Below, piece by piece: positions 9,248 to 18,325 of a DNA stretch of 32,000 nucleotides. The DNA lies in contig NZ_FUWK01000018.1 of assembly GCF_900167395.1 (NCBI RefSeq), positions 1-32,000 of the forward strand, given 5' to 3'. Under the pieces are notes generated by a model. The model did not search any database. It was not told where the DNA came from and saw only the letters and a list, made by a program, of their open reading frames with translations. The DNA is from Nitrosomonas europaea. Lineage in GTDB: Bacteria > Pseudomonadota > Gammaproteobacteria > Burkholderiales > Nitrosomonadaceae. Positions within the stretch are counted from its first letter, which is position 1, and each line of letters opens with the position of its first letter. The translations under genes were made by a program, and so were the position numbers.

Positions 9248-9451
9248 ATGGCAACAGGTACAGTAAAGTGGTTCAATGATTCAAAAGGATTTGGTTTTAT
9301 TACACCGGACGACGGCAGCGAAGATTTGTTCGCACACTTTTCCGCGATCAATATGACAGGTTTCAAGACCCTGAAAGAAGGCCAGAAAGTAAGTTTTGAA
9401 GTTACGCAAGGACCAAAAGGCAAACAGGCTTCAAATATCCAGTCTGCTTGA
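9248..9451 (+). CDS. cspD: Cold-shock-domain protein (CspD-like).
   Basis: 67 aa. RNP1 KGFGFI and RNP2 FAHFS. The C-terminal [11 protein letters not shown] resembles E. coli CspD more than CspA. Divergent from clpS-clpA as in E. coli. The symbol is tentative. Confidence 0.9.
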   Translation: MATGTVKWFNDSKGFGFITPDDGSEDLFAHFSAINMTGFKTLKEGQKVSFEVTQGPKGKQASNIQSA

Positions 9452-9462
9452 CCTGATGTATA

Positions 9463-9488
9463 GAGGCTGATCCTGTCGGATCAGCCTC
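9463..9488. terminator. GC-rich hairpin between the convergent csp and icd genes (candidate bidirectional terminator).
   Basis: GAGGCTGATCC-tgtc-GGATCAGCCTC, a perfect 11-bp stem. No clear U-tract. A second AT-rich hairpin follows (CTGATATT-aataa-AATATCAG, 9495-9515). Confidence 0.5.
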
Positions 9489-9571
9489 TCCGATCTGATA
9501 TTAATAAAATATCAGGTCGGGGCTTGTTTTCTGAGGATCGATACAATTTCGGAAACCTCAATCAGATGAGG

Positions 9572-10819
9572 TTACATCCTCGCTACCATGGCATTCCCAA
9601 ATTCTGAAGAAGTGGCCTGTTTGGCGTTCGGCGTAAGTCTTGCCAGATCGTAGGTCATGATTCGATCCTGAATCGTTTTTTCCATTGAGCTGATGACAAT
9701 ATTGGCTGCTTCATGCCAGCCGATATGTCTGAGCATCATTTCTGCTGACAGAATAATTGACCCCGGGTTGACCTGATCCTTACCAGCATATTTGGGTGCA
9801 GTGCCGTGTGTCGCTTCGAATATTGCGATGCTGTCACTCATATTTGCACCGGGCGCGATTCCAATGCCGCCTACCTGTGCGGCCAGAGCATCGGAAATGT
9901 AGTCACCGTTCAAATTAAGGGTGGCGATGACATCATATTCATCCGGGCGCAGCAGGATTTGCTGGAGAAAGGCGTCGGCGATGACATCTTTGATGATGAT
10001 TTCATTACCGTTGTGCCGCAGTATCATCCATGGCCCGCCATCCAGTAGCTCCGCACCGAATTCCTTCGCTGCCAGTTCATAACCCCATTTCTTGAAGGCA
10101 CCTTCAGTGAACTTCATGATATTACCTTTGTGCACCAGTGTGACAGAGCGACGTTTATGGTCGATTGCATACTGGATGGCTTTTCTGATCAGACGCTCAC
10201 TGCCTTCTTTTGAAACCGGTTTGATCCCGATCGCAGAGGAACGAGGGAATCGGATTTTGGTAATTCCCATTTCTGCCGTCAGGAAATTGATCACTTTTTC
10301 AACAGCTTCCGTTCCGGCTTCCCATTCGATTCCCGCATAGATATCTTCCGAGTTTTCACGAAATATGACCATGTCCACTTTCTCCGGTTGTTTGACCGGA
10401 CTGGGTACCCCTTGGAAATAGCGTACCGGGCGCAGGCACACATACAGATCCAGTAACTGGCGCAATGCCACGTTGATCGAGCGGATACCTCCACTTACCG
10501 GTGTGGTCAGCGGCCCTTTGATGGATACCACGAATTCTTTGGCTGCCTGCAAAGTCTCATCTGGCAGCCAGATATCCTGACCATAGACCCGGGTAGATTT
10601 CTCACCGGCATATATTTCCATCCAGGAAATTTTCCGGGAGTCGCCGTATGCTTTTTTTACTGCACCATCGACAACGCTGATCATGACAGGTGTGATATCC
10701 ACACCGATACCATCGCCTTCGATAAAAGGAATGATCGGGTTGTCGGGCACAACCAGGGAAGAATCATCCTTTACCCGAATTTTGCTGCCAGTGGTTGGTA
10801 CTTTGATATGCTGATACAT
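9572..10819 (-). CDS. icd: NADP-dependent isocitrate dehydrogenase (homodimeric, E. coli type).
   Basis: 415 aa. [12 protein letters not shown] matches the E. coli phospho-Ser loop context, and [25 protein letters not shown] is present. Confidence 0.95.
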   Translation of the reverse strand: MYQHIKVPTTGSKIRVKDDSSLVVPDNPIIPFIEGDGIGVDITPVMISVVDGAVKKAYGDSRKISWMEIYAGEKSTRVYGQDIWLPDETLQAAKEFVVSIKGPLTTPVSGGIRSINVALRQLLDLYVCLRPVRYFQGVPSPVKQPEKVDMVIFRENSEDIYAGIEWEAGTEAVEKVINFLTAEMGITKIRFPRSSAIGIKPVSKEGSERLIRKAIQYAIDHKRRSVTLVHKGNIMKFTEGAFKKWGYELAAKEFGAELLDGGPWMILRHNGNEIIIKDVIADAFLQQILLRPDEYDVIATLNLNGDYISDALAAQVGGIGIAPGANMSDSIAIFEATHGTAPKYAGKDQVNPGSIILSAEMMLRHIGWHEAANIVISSMEKTIQDRIMTYDLARLTPNAKQATSSEFGNAMVARM

Positions 10820-10831
10820 AGCGTCTCCAAA

Positions 10832-11494
10832 TTAAAGAAGTTGTGTCGGTTCGTGTGAGGCGGGTTCGCCGGATTCCTGAATGGTGGTCGTATCCGTATC
10901 GACCGATTCAGCCTCGTCAGCAGACAGGTCGAGCGAATTGAAACTGTCCAGAGAGGGTAGCTGTTCCAGCGATTGCAGATTCAGATCATCGAGAAAATGC
11001 CGGGTGGTTGCATAAAGATAGGGCTTGCCCGGTATATCGCGCTGCCCGATGGTTTCAATCCAGCCGCGTGATTCCAGGGTTTTGATGATTTGGGTAGAAA
11101 CTGCTACTCCCCGGATTTCTTCGATGTCTCCCCGGGTGACGGGCTGCCGGTAAGCAATGATGGCCAATGTTTCCATCACGGCGCGTGAATAGCGCGGTGG
11201 CCTTTGCGGATTGAGCCGATCCAGAAAAACCTGCATTTCGGGTTTGCTTTGAAAACGCCAGCCTCCCGCGACCGAGACCAGATTTATTCCGCTGTCATGC
11301 CATTTTTCACTCAGGATGGTCAGGGATTCATGCAATGTTTTTTTGTCGATATTCCCTTCGAATAATTTCTTGAGATCACTGATGGACAAGGGTTCGGGTG
11401 TCGTCAGCAGTACAGTCTCAAGAATCCTGACAACCTGATCTGGCTGAAAGGCCGTTGCTTCAGTCGGCTTGGTCAGTATGGATTGCGTGGACAT
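10832..11494 (-). CDS. scpB: Segregation and condensation protein B.
   Basis: 220 aa. ETLAIIAYRQPVTRGDIEEIRGV is the ScpB winged-helix signature. Downstream of scpA. The annotated start overlaps scpA by 35 nt, so the start is uncertain. Confidence 0.9.
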   Translation of the reverse strand: MSTQSILTKPTEATAFQPDQVVRILETVLLTTPEPLSISDLKKLFEGNIDKKTLHESLTILSEKWHDSGINLVSVAGGWRFQSKPEMQVFLDRLNPQRPPRYSRAVMETLAIIAYRQPVTRGDIEEIRGVAVSTQIIKTLESRGWIETIGQRDIPGKPYLYATTRHFLDDLNLQSLEQLPSLDSFNSLDLSADEAESVDTDTTTIQESGEPASHEPTQLL

Positions 11495-12260
11495 AGATCA
11501 TTCCAAAGCGATCTGGCTGAACGATATCGACCAGCGCCTCGCGGGCCAGCTCCAGCAAGGCCAGGAAACTGGCCACGAGTTTATGAACGTTGGTGATATC
11601 GCTGAACAGTTCGGTAAACGGGACGTTTCCCCGGGATTGAAGGTTTCTCAGGATTTCACTCATACACACTCGCACAGAAATCGTTTCGTAACGAATGGTA
11701 TGGTTGCGATTGAGCCTGAGGCGTTCCAGCAGGGCAAGCCAAGTGTCGTATAAATCCTGCGGGTTGATACCGGGAAGCTGTTTTTCGGTAACGAAATCCA
11801 CCCAGATACAGGCTGGCATGAAGTCCCTGCCGGCAACCGGCAGGCTGTGTATATGGATGGCAGCCTGCTTGATCCGTTCATATTCCAGAAGCCGCCGTAC
11901 CAGTTCTGCACGGGGGTCGGCGTCATCTTCCCGGGGGGTTACCGGGCGGGGTAACAGCATGCGGGATTTGATGTCGATCAGTAGTGCGGTCATGAGCAGA
12001 TACTCAGCAGCCAGTTCAAACTGATCGGCGCGCATGGTTTCGACATAAGCGATATATTGCCGGGTGAGTTCGGCCATGGGAATGTCCAGAATATCCAGAT
12101 TATGCTTACGGATCAGATAAAGCAGCAGATCAAGCGGGCCTTCGAAAGTTTCCAGAAAAATCTGGAGTGCTTCGGGAGGAATGTACAAATCCTGCGGGAC
12201 TTCCAGCAGCGGAACACCCTGCACTTTTGCAACCGGGTCGATCAGCGTGGGATTGTCCAA
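11460..12260 (-). CDS. scpA: Segregation and condensation protein A (kleisin).
   Basis: 266 aa. FEGPLDLLLYLIRKHNLDILDIPMAELTRQY is the canonical ScpA N-terminus. Confidence 0.9.
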   Translation of the reverse strand: MDNPTLIDPVAKVQGVPLLEVPQDLYIPPEALQIFLETFEGPLDLLLYLIRKHNLDILDIPMAELTRQYIAYVETMRADQFELAAEYLLMTALLIDIKSRMLLPRPVTPREDDADPRAELVRRLLEYERIKQAAIHIHSLPVAGRDFMPACIWVDFVTEKQLPGINPQDLYDTWLALLERLRLNRNHTIRYETISVRVCMSEILRNLQSRGNVPFTELFSDITNVHKLVASFLALLELAREALVDIVQPDRFGMIYVHAIHTDQAD

Positions 12261-12299
12261 TGTATTTTGTCTGTATCCATATTCAAGCAGGTTGTCAAA

Positions 12300-13502
12300 T
12301 CAGAGATATCCCAACCCCAGTGCCGCTCTGACATCTCGCATGGTTTCCTCGGCCAGCCAGTTGGCTTTTTCACATCCGTCAGCAATGATCTTTCTTACCT
12401 GGGCGGGGTCCTTCTCGTACATTCTGGCACGTTCCAGAATGGGTGCCTGCTCGTCTAGTATCGCCTGAATGACAGGTTGTTTACATTCCAGACAGCCGAT
12501 TCCTGCTGATGTGCAGCCTTGTTGTACCCAGTTGCGGGTTTCTGCTGATGAATAAAGTTGATGAAACTGCCATACCGGGCATTTTTCCGGATTGCCTGGG
12601 TCACTGCGTCGGATGCGTGCCGGGTCGGTCGGCATGGTACGCACTTTTCTGGTGATACTGTCGGCATCTTCCCGCAGGCCGATCGTATTGCCATACGATT
12701 TGGACATTTTCTGACCGTCCAGACCGGGCATTCTGGATGCCTGGGTCAATAGCGTCTGTGGTTCAGGCAGAATGATCTTGCTTTTTCCTTCCAGATGACC
12801 GGACAGCCGCTCGTGGTCATCAGTACTCAGGTTTTGCTGTTCCTCCAGTAGTGATCTGGCTGCGATCAGCGCACTTTCATCACCTTGTTCCTGGTAGCGG
12901 TTGCGTAGCTCGCTGTAAAGCTTTCCTTTCCTGGAGCCCATTTTTTTGATGGCTTGCGCTACTTTGTTCTCAAAATCCGGTTCTTTGCCAAAGATATGAT
13001 TGAACCGTCGGGAAATTTCGCGCGTAAACTCCAGGTGAGGAGCCTGATCCTCACCTACAGGAACAAGATTGGCCCGGTAGATCAGGATGTCTGCACTCTG
13101 CAGGAGCGGATACCCAAGAAAGCCGTAGGTGCTGAGATCTTTTCCAGCAAGTTTTTCCTGCTGATCCTTATAAGTGGGAACACGTTCCAGCCAGCCAAGC
13201 GGGGTGATCATCGACAGCAGCAGATACAGTTCAGCGTGCGCCGGAACTTTCGATTGAATGAACAGAGTTGCCCGGGCAGGGTCCACTCCCGCAGCCAGCC
13301 AGTCGATCACCATATCCCAGCTGTTTTGTCCGATGATCTCGGGGGAATCATAGTGGGTCGTCAGTGCATGCCAGTCGGCAACGAAAAAGAGGCATTCATA
13401 CTTCTGTTGCAGAGCCAGCCAGTTTTTCAAAACACCGTGATAGTGCCCCAGATGCAGGTTTCCAGTGGGGCGCATGCCTGAGAGAACACGGTCGACGAAC
13501 AT
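12300..13502 (-). CDS. trpS: Tryptophan--tRNA ligase, long form with an insertion before KMSKS and a C-terminal Cys4 motif.
   Basis: HIGH-type motif (TGNLHLGHY), KMSKS at residues 265-269, and C308-x21-C330-x6-C337-x2-C340. Confidence 0.95.
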   Translation of the reverse strand: MFVDRVLSGMRPTGNLHLGHYHGVLKNWLALQQKYECLFFVADWHALTTHYDSPEIIGQNSWDMVIDWLAAGVDPARATLFIQSKVPAHAELYLLLSMITPLGWLERVPTYKDQQEKLAGKDLSTYGFLGYPLLQSADILIYRANLVPVGEDQAPHLEFTREISRRFNHIFGKEPDFENKVAQAIKKMGSRKGKLYSELRNRYQEQGDESALIAARSLLEEQQNLSTDDHERLSGHLEGKSKIILPEPQTLLTQASRMPGLDGQKMSKSYGNTIGLREDADSITRKVRTMPTDPARIRRSDPGNPEKCPVWQFHQLYSSAETRNWVQQGCTSAGIGCLECKQPVIQAILDEQAPILERARMYEKDPAQVRKIIADGCEKANWLAEETMRDVRAALGLGYL

Positions 13503-13574
13503 TCTACAAAGCTCCGGATATCATGGAATCAAAAAAATACAAGGTCGGTTGGTGAAATGTAAAGGTAGTTCGAT

Positions 13575-14285
13575 TTATATATAGAGGCCGAAGAGTGTGA
13601 CGATCATCTGCTTGGTGAATATGATCAGAGGCCATAACACTACGCTCAGTACCCCACTGATGAACAGTACCAGCAAAATGATAAAGCCATAGGGCTCGAT
13701 TTGGGCAAACTTCCAGGCCAGCCTGCTGGGTAGCAGGCTGACAGCAATACGCCCGCCATCGAGTGGCGGCAGCGGCAGCAGGTTCAGCACCATCAGAACC
13801 ACATTGATTTCGATGCCGGCAATTCCCATCAGGACCATGGGTTTGAGATAAATGCTGTCAGGCATGTTCATTCCCAGTTTGATGATGGCAGCCCAGAAGA
13901 AAGCCATCAGCAGATTGGCACCGGGCCCGGCAGCAGCCACCCACAACATATCTTTTTTGGGCTGACGTAACCGCCCGAAGTTGACCGGTACCGGCTTGGC
14001 CCAGCCGAAAAGCAGGCCACTTCCCATCAACAGTTTACTGGTTACAAACATCATCAGGGGAAGCAGAATAGTACCAACAGGATCGATGTGCCTGAGCGGG
14101 TTCAGGGTGATACGTCCGGCCATTTCTGCAGTCAGATCACCAAAATATTTGGCAACATATCCATGTGCAGCTTCATGCAGGGTAATGGCAAAAATGACGG
14201 GTAGCGCGTAGATGGCGATGCCCTGAATGATATTATCCATTAATGATTCCAAAGGGTGACAGATCGCCTTTTCCAGAACGGGCAA
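13575..14285 (-). CDS. Site-2 protease family (peptidase M50) membrane metalloprotease.
   Basis: HEAAHG (HExxH) in TM1 and NLLPLPPLDGG. The alternative start MDNIIQ at 14240 would reduce the overlap with yciO from 53 nt to 8 nt. Confidence 0.85.
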   Translation of the reverse strand: MPVLEKAICHPLESLMDNIIQGIAIYALPVIFAITLHEAAHGYVAKYFGDLTAEMAGRITLNPLRHIDPVGTILLPLMMFVTSKLLMGSGLLFGWAKPVPVNFGRLRQPKKDMLWVAAAGPGANLLMAFFWAAIIKLGMNMPDSIYLKPMVLMGIAGIEINVVLMVLNLLPLPPLDGGRIAVSLLPSRLAWKFAQIEPYGFIILLVLFISGVLSVVLWPLIIFTKQMIVTLFGLYI

Positions 14286-14865
14286 CTTTCGGGGTGGTTT
14301 CGGTCAGGTCGATGACCGTGGTCATGTCGGTGCCGCAGGAACCGGCATCCATGACCAGTTCGATCTGGTGCTCCAGACGCTGGCGGATTTCTCCAGCATC
14401 ATTCAATGGCAGTTCATCTCCAGGAAGAATGAGCGTCGAACTCAGCAAAGGTTCGTCCAGTTCGGCCAGTAGAGCCTGTACGACAGGGTGATCAGGAATA
14501 CGCAACCCGATCGTGTGGCGTTTGGGATGCTGCAGACGGCGTGGGACTTCGCGGGTTGCTGCCAGAATGAAGGTATAGCTGCCGGGAGTGGCTGCCTTGA
14601 GCAGACGGTATTGTGCATTATCCACTTTCGCATACGTTGCAATCTCTGCCAGATCCCGGCATACCAGTGTGAAATTGTGATTCTGATCCACTTTGCGGAT
14701 GGTACGGATACGATCCATCGCCTCTTTGTTACCGATCTGGCAACCCAGTGCGTAGCAGGAATCGGTTGGATAAGCGATGACTCCGCCTTTGCGTACGATA
14801 TCGACTGCCTGGCGGATCAGTCTTGTATGAGGCGTTTGCGGGTGTATGGAAAAAAATTGGGCCAT
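14233..14865 (-). CDS. yciO: YrdC/Sua5-domain protein, YciO-like.
   Basis: 210 aa. MAQFFSIHPQTPHTRLIRQAVDIVRKGGVIAYPTDSCYALGC... is near-colinear with E. coli YciO as I recall it. It lies next to trpH/yciV as in E. coli. Confidence 0.85.
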   Translation of the reverse strand: MAQFFSIHPQTPHTRLIRQAVDIVRKGGVIAYPTDSCYALGCQIGNKEAMDRIRTIRKVDQNHNFTLVCRDLAEIATYAKVDNAQYRLLKAATPGSYTFILAATREVPRRLQHPKRHTIGLRIPDHPVVQALLAELDEPLLSSTLILPGDELPLNDAGEIRQRLEHQIELVMDAGSCGTDMTTVIDLTETTPKVARSGKGDLSPFGIING

Positions 14866-14922
14866 GGCTGTTTGGTAAGCTGTTATGGGTGGAAAACGTC
14901 GGGTGTTTAGAACTGGCTGTTA

Positions 14923-15873
14923 TCAGACTGATTTGCCGGGGGACTGTAACCCGGTTTGTTCTGATTGTTCATTCAGGGTTGTTGCGCCGGTTTCGGCGTA
15001 ATCAGGAATTTCCCATTCGTTCCATATCGGAGTGCATTCTGGAGGCAGTGCAGGTAGTCTGCCCAGATCAAAGTAGCTTTCTCCCGGGCCATGATAATCA
15101 GATCCACACGATGCATACAGATTCATGCGGGTGGCCAGTGCCGCAAATTGCCGCGTTTGCTCGGGAGTATGGCTGGATGAGACCACTTCGATTCCTGCTC
15201 CTCCCAGTTCACGGAATTCGCAGAGTAACTGCTCGAGCAGGTCATTGCTCAATTTATAGCGAGCTGGATGAGCAATGACTGCCTGACCTCCGCTGCCACG
15301 AATCCAGCCGATGGCTTCATCCAGGCTGACCCATACATGGGAGACATGACCGGGTTTACCTTTTACGAGATACTTCTTGAAAACAGACTTTACGTTTTTA
15401 GCATATCCCTGACTTACCAGAAATCGGGCAAAGTGAGTGCGGCCGATCAGCCTGCTGATACCCGCCTGGGCGCTGGCACCTTCAAAACTGCCATGAATGC
15501 CGAATTTGTCCAGTTGTGCGGCGATTGCCCGTGCCCGATCCATGCGGCCATCCCGGATCTTCTTCAGTCCTTCGGTCAGTGGTGGATGTTCAGGGTTGAT
15601 TCCAAGTCCTAAAATATGCAAAGTCCGGCCATGCCAGGTAACAGAGATTTCAACACCACGGATCAATGTGATATTTTCCTGCTGAGCGCTGCGACTGGCC
15701 TCACTCAGTCCGGCAATGTCGTCATGGTCGGTCAGCGCCAGTACATTCACACCGCGCACAGCAGCGTGCGCTAGCAAGCGAGAAGGTGACAGCATACCGT
15801 CAGAGATAGTCGAATGGCTGTGCAGATCAATGTTGGGCATCGAGAAGTGTGTAATTACGTGGCTTCTCATCAT
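14923..15873 (-). CDS. trpH: PHP-domain phosphoesterase TrpH/YciV (RNase AM family).
   Basis: IDLHSHSTISDG, ALTDHD and HP..Y motifs of the PHP fold. The true start may be MPNIDLH at 15840 rather than 15873. Confidence 0.9.
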   Translation of the reverse strand: MMRSHVITHFSMPNIDLHSHSTISDGMLSPSRLLAHAAVRGVNVLALTDHDDIAGLSEASRSAQQENITLIRGVEISVTWHGRTLHILGLGINPEHPPLTEGLKKIRDGRMDRARAIAAQLDKFGIHGSFEGASAQAGISRLIGRTHFARFLVSQGYAKNVKSVFKKYLVKGKPGHVSHVWVSLDEAIGWIRGSGGQAVIAHPARYKLSNDLLEQLLCEFRELGGAGIEVVSSSHTPEQTRQFAALATRMNLYASCGSDYHGPGESYFDLGRLPALPPECTPIWNEWEIPDYAETGATTLNEQSEQTGLQSPGKSV

Positions 15874-15960
15874 AGCAAATTACGGCCATGATAAAAATAG
15901 CCCGACAGGCGCGGACATGCGTGAGCATCAATTTCTTATTGGGTTTTACAGGAAAATCTT

Positions 15961-17199
15961 ATGAATAAATCGGGAACAATCTGGAAGTATCTTTCGGCAG
16001 CACCTCATCGCAGCCTGTTTCTTATGGGAGCTTTTCAGGCGGTGTTGACCATCCTGTGGTGGGTGATAGAACTGGCCGGGCGTGCCGGATTGATGGAAAG
16101 CGTAAGTTTTTCGAGCATCATGCCGATCTGGGTGCATGGATTTTTGATGGTGTACACATTTTTCCCCTTTTTCATTCTGGGGTTTTTGTTTACTACGTTT
16201 CCTAACTGGATGAATGGCGAGAAAATCAAGGCCAATCAGTATATGACGGTCTGCCTGCTGATGGCAGCCGGTGTCGTCCTGTTCTATGCCGGACTGATTG
16301 CCGGTAAATTTCTGCTATCTGCTGGATTGCTGCTGATGCTGTCCGGGTGGGCGTATGCCATTATTATCCTGTTTCATGTGCTGTTTACAGCACCGGCCGG
16401 GGATAAGCGCCATGCCTGGGTGGCCGGTATGGCATTTATTGCCGGATGGCTGGGATTGTGTGCCTATGCGTTGTGGGTGTTGACGGACGGCAGGGAAATG
16501 CTGGATTTCTCGCGCCAGGCCGGTATCTGGTTCTTTATGCTGCCGATTCTGATGACGGTATCGCACCGGATGATCCCGTTTTTTTCGAGCCGCGTGCTGG
16601 AGAATTATGTCGTGGTTCGACCATTCGGGCTGTTGTGGCTGATGGTTGGTTGTACAGTGGTACACGGCGCACTTCAACTGGCCGGCCTGCAGGAATATGT
16701 CTGGTGGGCAGATATGCTGCTTGCCGGCTGTGCATTTTATCTCAGTTATATCTGGCGGTTTTTCCGCAGTTTTCGTGTGCGACTACTGGCGGTGCTGCAT
16801 ATTTCATTTGCCTGGCTGGGGATTGCAATGCTGTTTTTCGGATTGCAAGGTATGCTGCTTTGGTTGAGTGACGGCGATCGTTACTGGTTTGGACTGGCGC
16901 CGCTGCACATGCTGGCTGTGGGTTATTTTGCGAGCATGGTTTTGGGGATGGCGTCACGTGTCACATTGGGCCACGGAGGTTTTCCGCTGGTGTTGGATAA
17001 TCTCACATGGCTGCTGTTTATTGCTTTTCAGGTAGTTGTTCTGCTTAGAGTGATTCCGGATATTTTTCCAGGTGTTGCACCCTTGGCGCCCCAGTTTTAT
17101 CTGATTGCAAGCAGTGTGTGGCTGAGCTGTTTTCTGCTGTGGGTGATCAAGTATGCGCCAATTTATTGGCGGGCTCGCGTGGATGGCAAAGCCGGTTGA
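15961..17199 (+). CDS. nnrS: NnrS family membrane protein (haem/copper protein linked to the NO response).
   Basis: 412 aa, about 12 TM. The N-terminal PHRSLFLMGAFQAVL..WW and conserved His residues in TM helices are typical of NnrS. Confidence 0.85.
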   Translation: MNKSGTIWKYLSAAPHRSLFLMGAFQAVLTILWWVIELAGRAGLMESVSFSSIMPIWVHGFLMVYTFFPFFILGFLFTTFPNWMNGEKIKANQYMTVCLLMAAGVVLFYAGLIAGKFLLSAGLLLMLSGWAYAIIILFHVLFTAPAGDKRHAWVAGMAFIAGWLGLCAYALWVLTDGREMLDFSRQAGIWFFMLPILMTVSHRMIPFFSSRVLENYVVVRPFGLLWLMVGCTVVHGALQLAGLQEYVWWADMLLAGCAFYLSYIWRFFRSFRVRLLAVLHISFAWLGIAMLFFGLQGMLLWLSDGDRYWFGLAPLHMLAVGYFASMVLGMASRVTLGHGGFPLVLDNLTWLLFIAFQVVVLLRVIPDIFPGVAPLAPQFYLIASSVWLSCFLLWVIKYAPIYWRARVDGKAG

Positions 17200-17245
17200 A
17201 TTTGTATTTTTACGAAAAAAGAAAGTACTGCCGGTTTGTTTTCAC

Positions 17246-17296
17246 TGCATAGCCTTTTCCATCGGTGTGGCAATTTTTCGAGGAAAAGGCTATGCA
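17246..17296. repeat. Perfect 15-bp inverted repeat with a 21-nt spacer between convergent genes (candidate terminator or REP-like element).
   Basis: TGCATAGCCTTTTCC (17246-17260) pairs with GGAAAAGGCTATGCA (17282-17296). Confidence 0.5.
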
Positions 17297-17367
17297 TGGC
17301 CTCATGTCACATCACCTGAATCTATGGGTGGTGATGCTGCTACATGCGCCCTGAATAGAATTTAAAA

Positions 17368-17559
17368 TTAATTCTTTTCTTCTGGTGAAGATGTGTCTTC
17401 TGTCGCTTCCTCAGTCTTGTCGAGATCAGGGGCAGAATCACGTTCTATAAAAGCAGAGGGAGGTGGTTTTTCCATTGAGTGTCCATCAAGGCTTTTTTTC
17501 TCCCCGCAGGCACTTAATGCAATAGTCGTGCATGCGATCAATAAATATACATATTTCAT
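17368..17559 (-). CDS. Small hypothetical lipoprotein.
   Basis: 63 aa. Signal peptide with lipobox LSAC (MKYVYLLIACTTIALSACGEKK) and an acidic low-complexity tail. No family recognised. Confidence 0.55.
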   Translation of the reverse strand: MKYVYLLIACTTIALSACGEKKSLDGHSMEKPPPSAFIERDSAPDLDKTEEATEDTSSPEEKN

Positions 17560-17844
17560 GGTTTTTTCCTCAAGTTAGTTTGCTGAGAAGCTTTGGATGA
17601 TAGTATAAGCGCCCGGTTTATACAACAGTATGGCTTACGGAAAACGGTACTGGCAGAGTATTCCCGGTGACGGTTTTAATCTGGTGCAGGCAGTTTTTAC
17701 GGTATTTTCAGCTTTGATATATTCATTTTCTACTGCTTTCCATATACCAGGAAGACTCATGCTCTCAATTGAGGCGCTGGCCTGTATTCTTACTATAGCG
17801 AGATCGTTTGACGATGGCTTGCTATTACCGGTAGCTTAGTCAGT

Positions 17845-18270
17845 ATGGATATTGCCGAGCAATTGATACAAAACGCCGGGAAGCGTTCGACTCCGGTTCG
17901 CAGTGCGGTTTTGGGCGTGTTGCTGAATGCCGAGGATGTGCTTTCCCATAGCGAAGTATTAGAACATCTGCAACAACTTGGTGCATTTGACCGGGTTACT
18001 GTATACCGTGCATTGGATTGGCTGGTTACCCAGGGTTTGGTGCATAAAGTAGCTGGGGCCGGCAGAGCCTGGCGTTTTCAGGTTACACGCAGTGAATCCA
18101 TGCATCGTCACGCCCACTTTCAATGTCACCATTGTCATAAAGTTTTTTGCCTTCCGGAGGTTCAGCCGGTTTTGCCAAAAGAGCTGCCCTCTAACTTCTC
18201 TATCGATTCCATCGAACTCAATATCAAGGGTATCTGCGCTGATTGCGGTCGCGCCATGATGAGCCAGTGA
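17845..18270 (+). CDS. zur: Fur-family transcriptional regulator, Zur-like.
   Basis: 141 aa. Winged helix (TVYRALDWLVTQGLV), metal sites HAHFQCHHCHKVFC and a C-terminal CADC. Assigned to Zur rather than Fur only from its context next to a His-rich TonB receptor. Confidence 0.75.
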   Translation: MDIAEQLIQNAGKRSTPVRSAVLGVLLNAEDVLSHSEVLEHLQQLGAFDRVTVYRALDWLVTQGLVHKVAGAGRAWRFQVTRSESMHRHAHFQCHHCHKVFCLPEVQPVLPKELPSNFSIDSIELNIKGICADCGRAMMSQ

Positions 18271-18281
18271 TGTCGTGATAT

Positions 18282-18300
18282 TAATTGCAACATAGTTGCG
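18282..18300. promoter_or_regulatory. Candidate operator 1 (palindrome GCAACAtAGTTGC) for the adjacent Fur-family regulator.
   Basis: TAATTGCAACATAGTTGCG. Matches a second copy 40 bp downstream at 17 of 19 positions. Imperfect 6-1-6 inverted repeat (5 of 6 arm pairs). Confidence 0.5.
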
Positions 18301-18325
18301 TTTTGGCTATTGTTGTGTCTATAAT
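18296..18325 (+). promoter_or_regulatory. Candidate sigma70 promoter TTGCGT-N18-TATAAT upstream of the TonB-dependent receptor.
   Basis: A -35-like hexamer at 18296-18301 lies inside operator 1. A perfect TATAAT at 18320-18325 overlaps the first bases of operator 2. A second candidate, TTGACA (18470-18475)-N16-TAAAAA, lies closer to the start codon. Confidence 0.35.

Noticed and set aside
17630-17839. A 69-aa hydrophobic ORF upstream of the Zur-like gene.
   Set aside because: No RBS and no known family. It lies in an AT-rich spacer that probably holds the divergent promoters. Kept only as a weak possibility.
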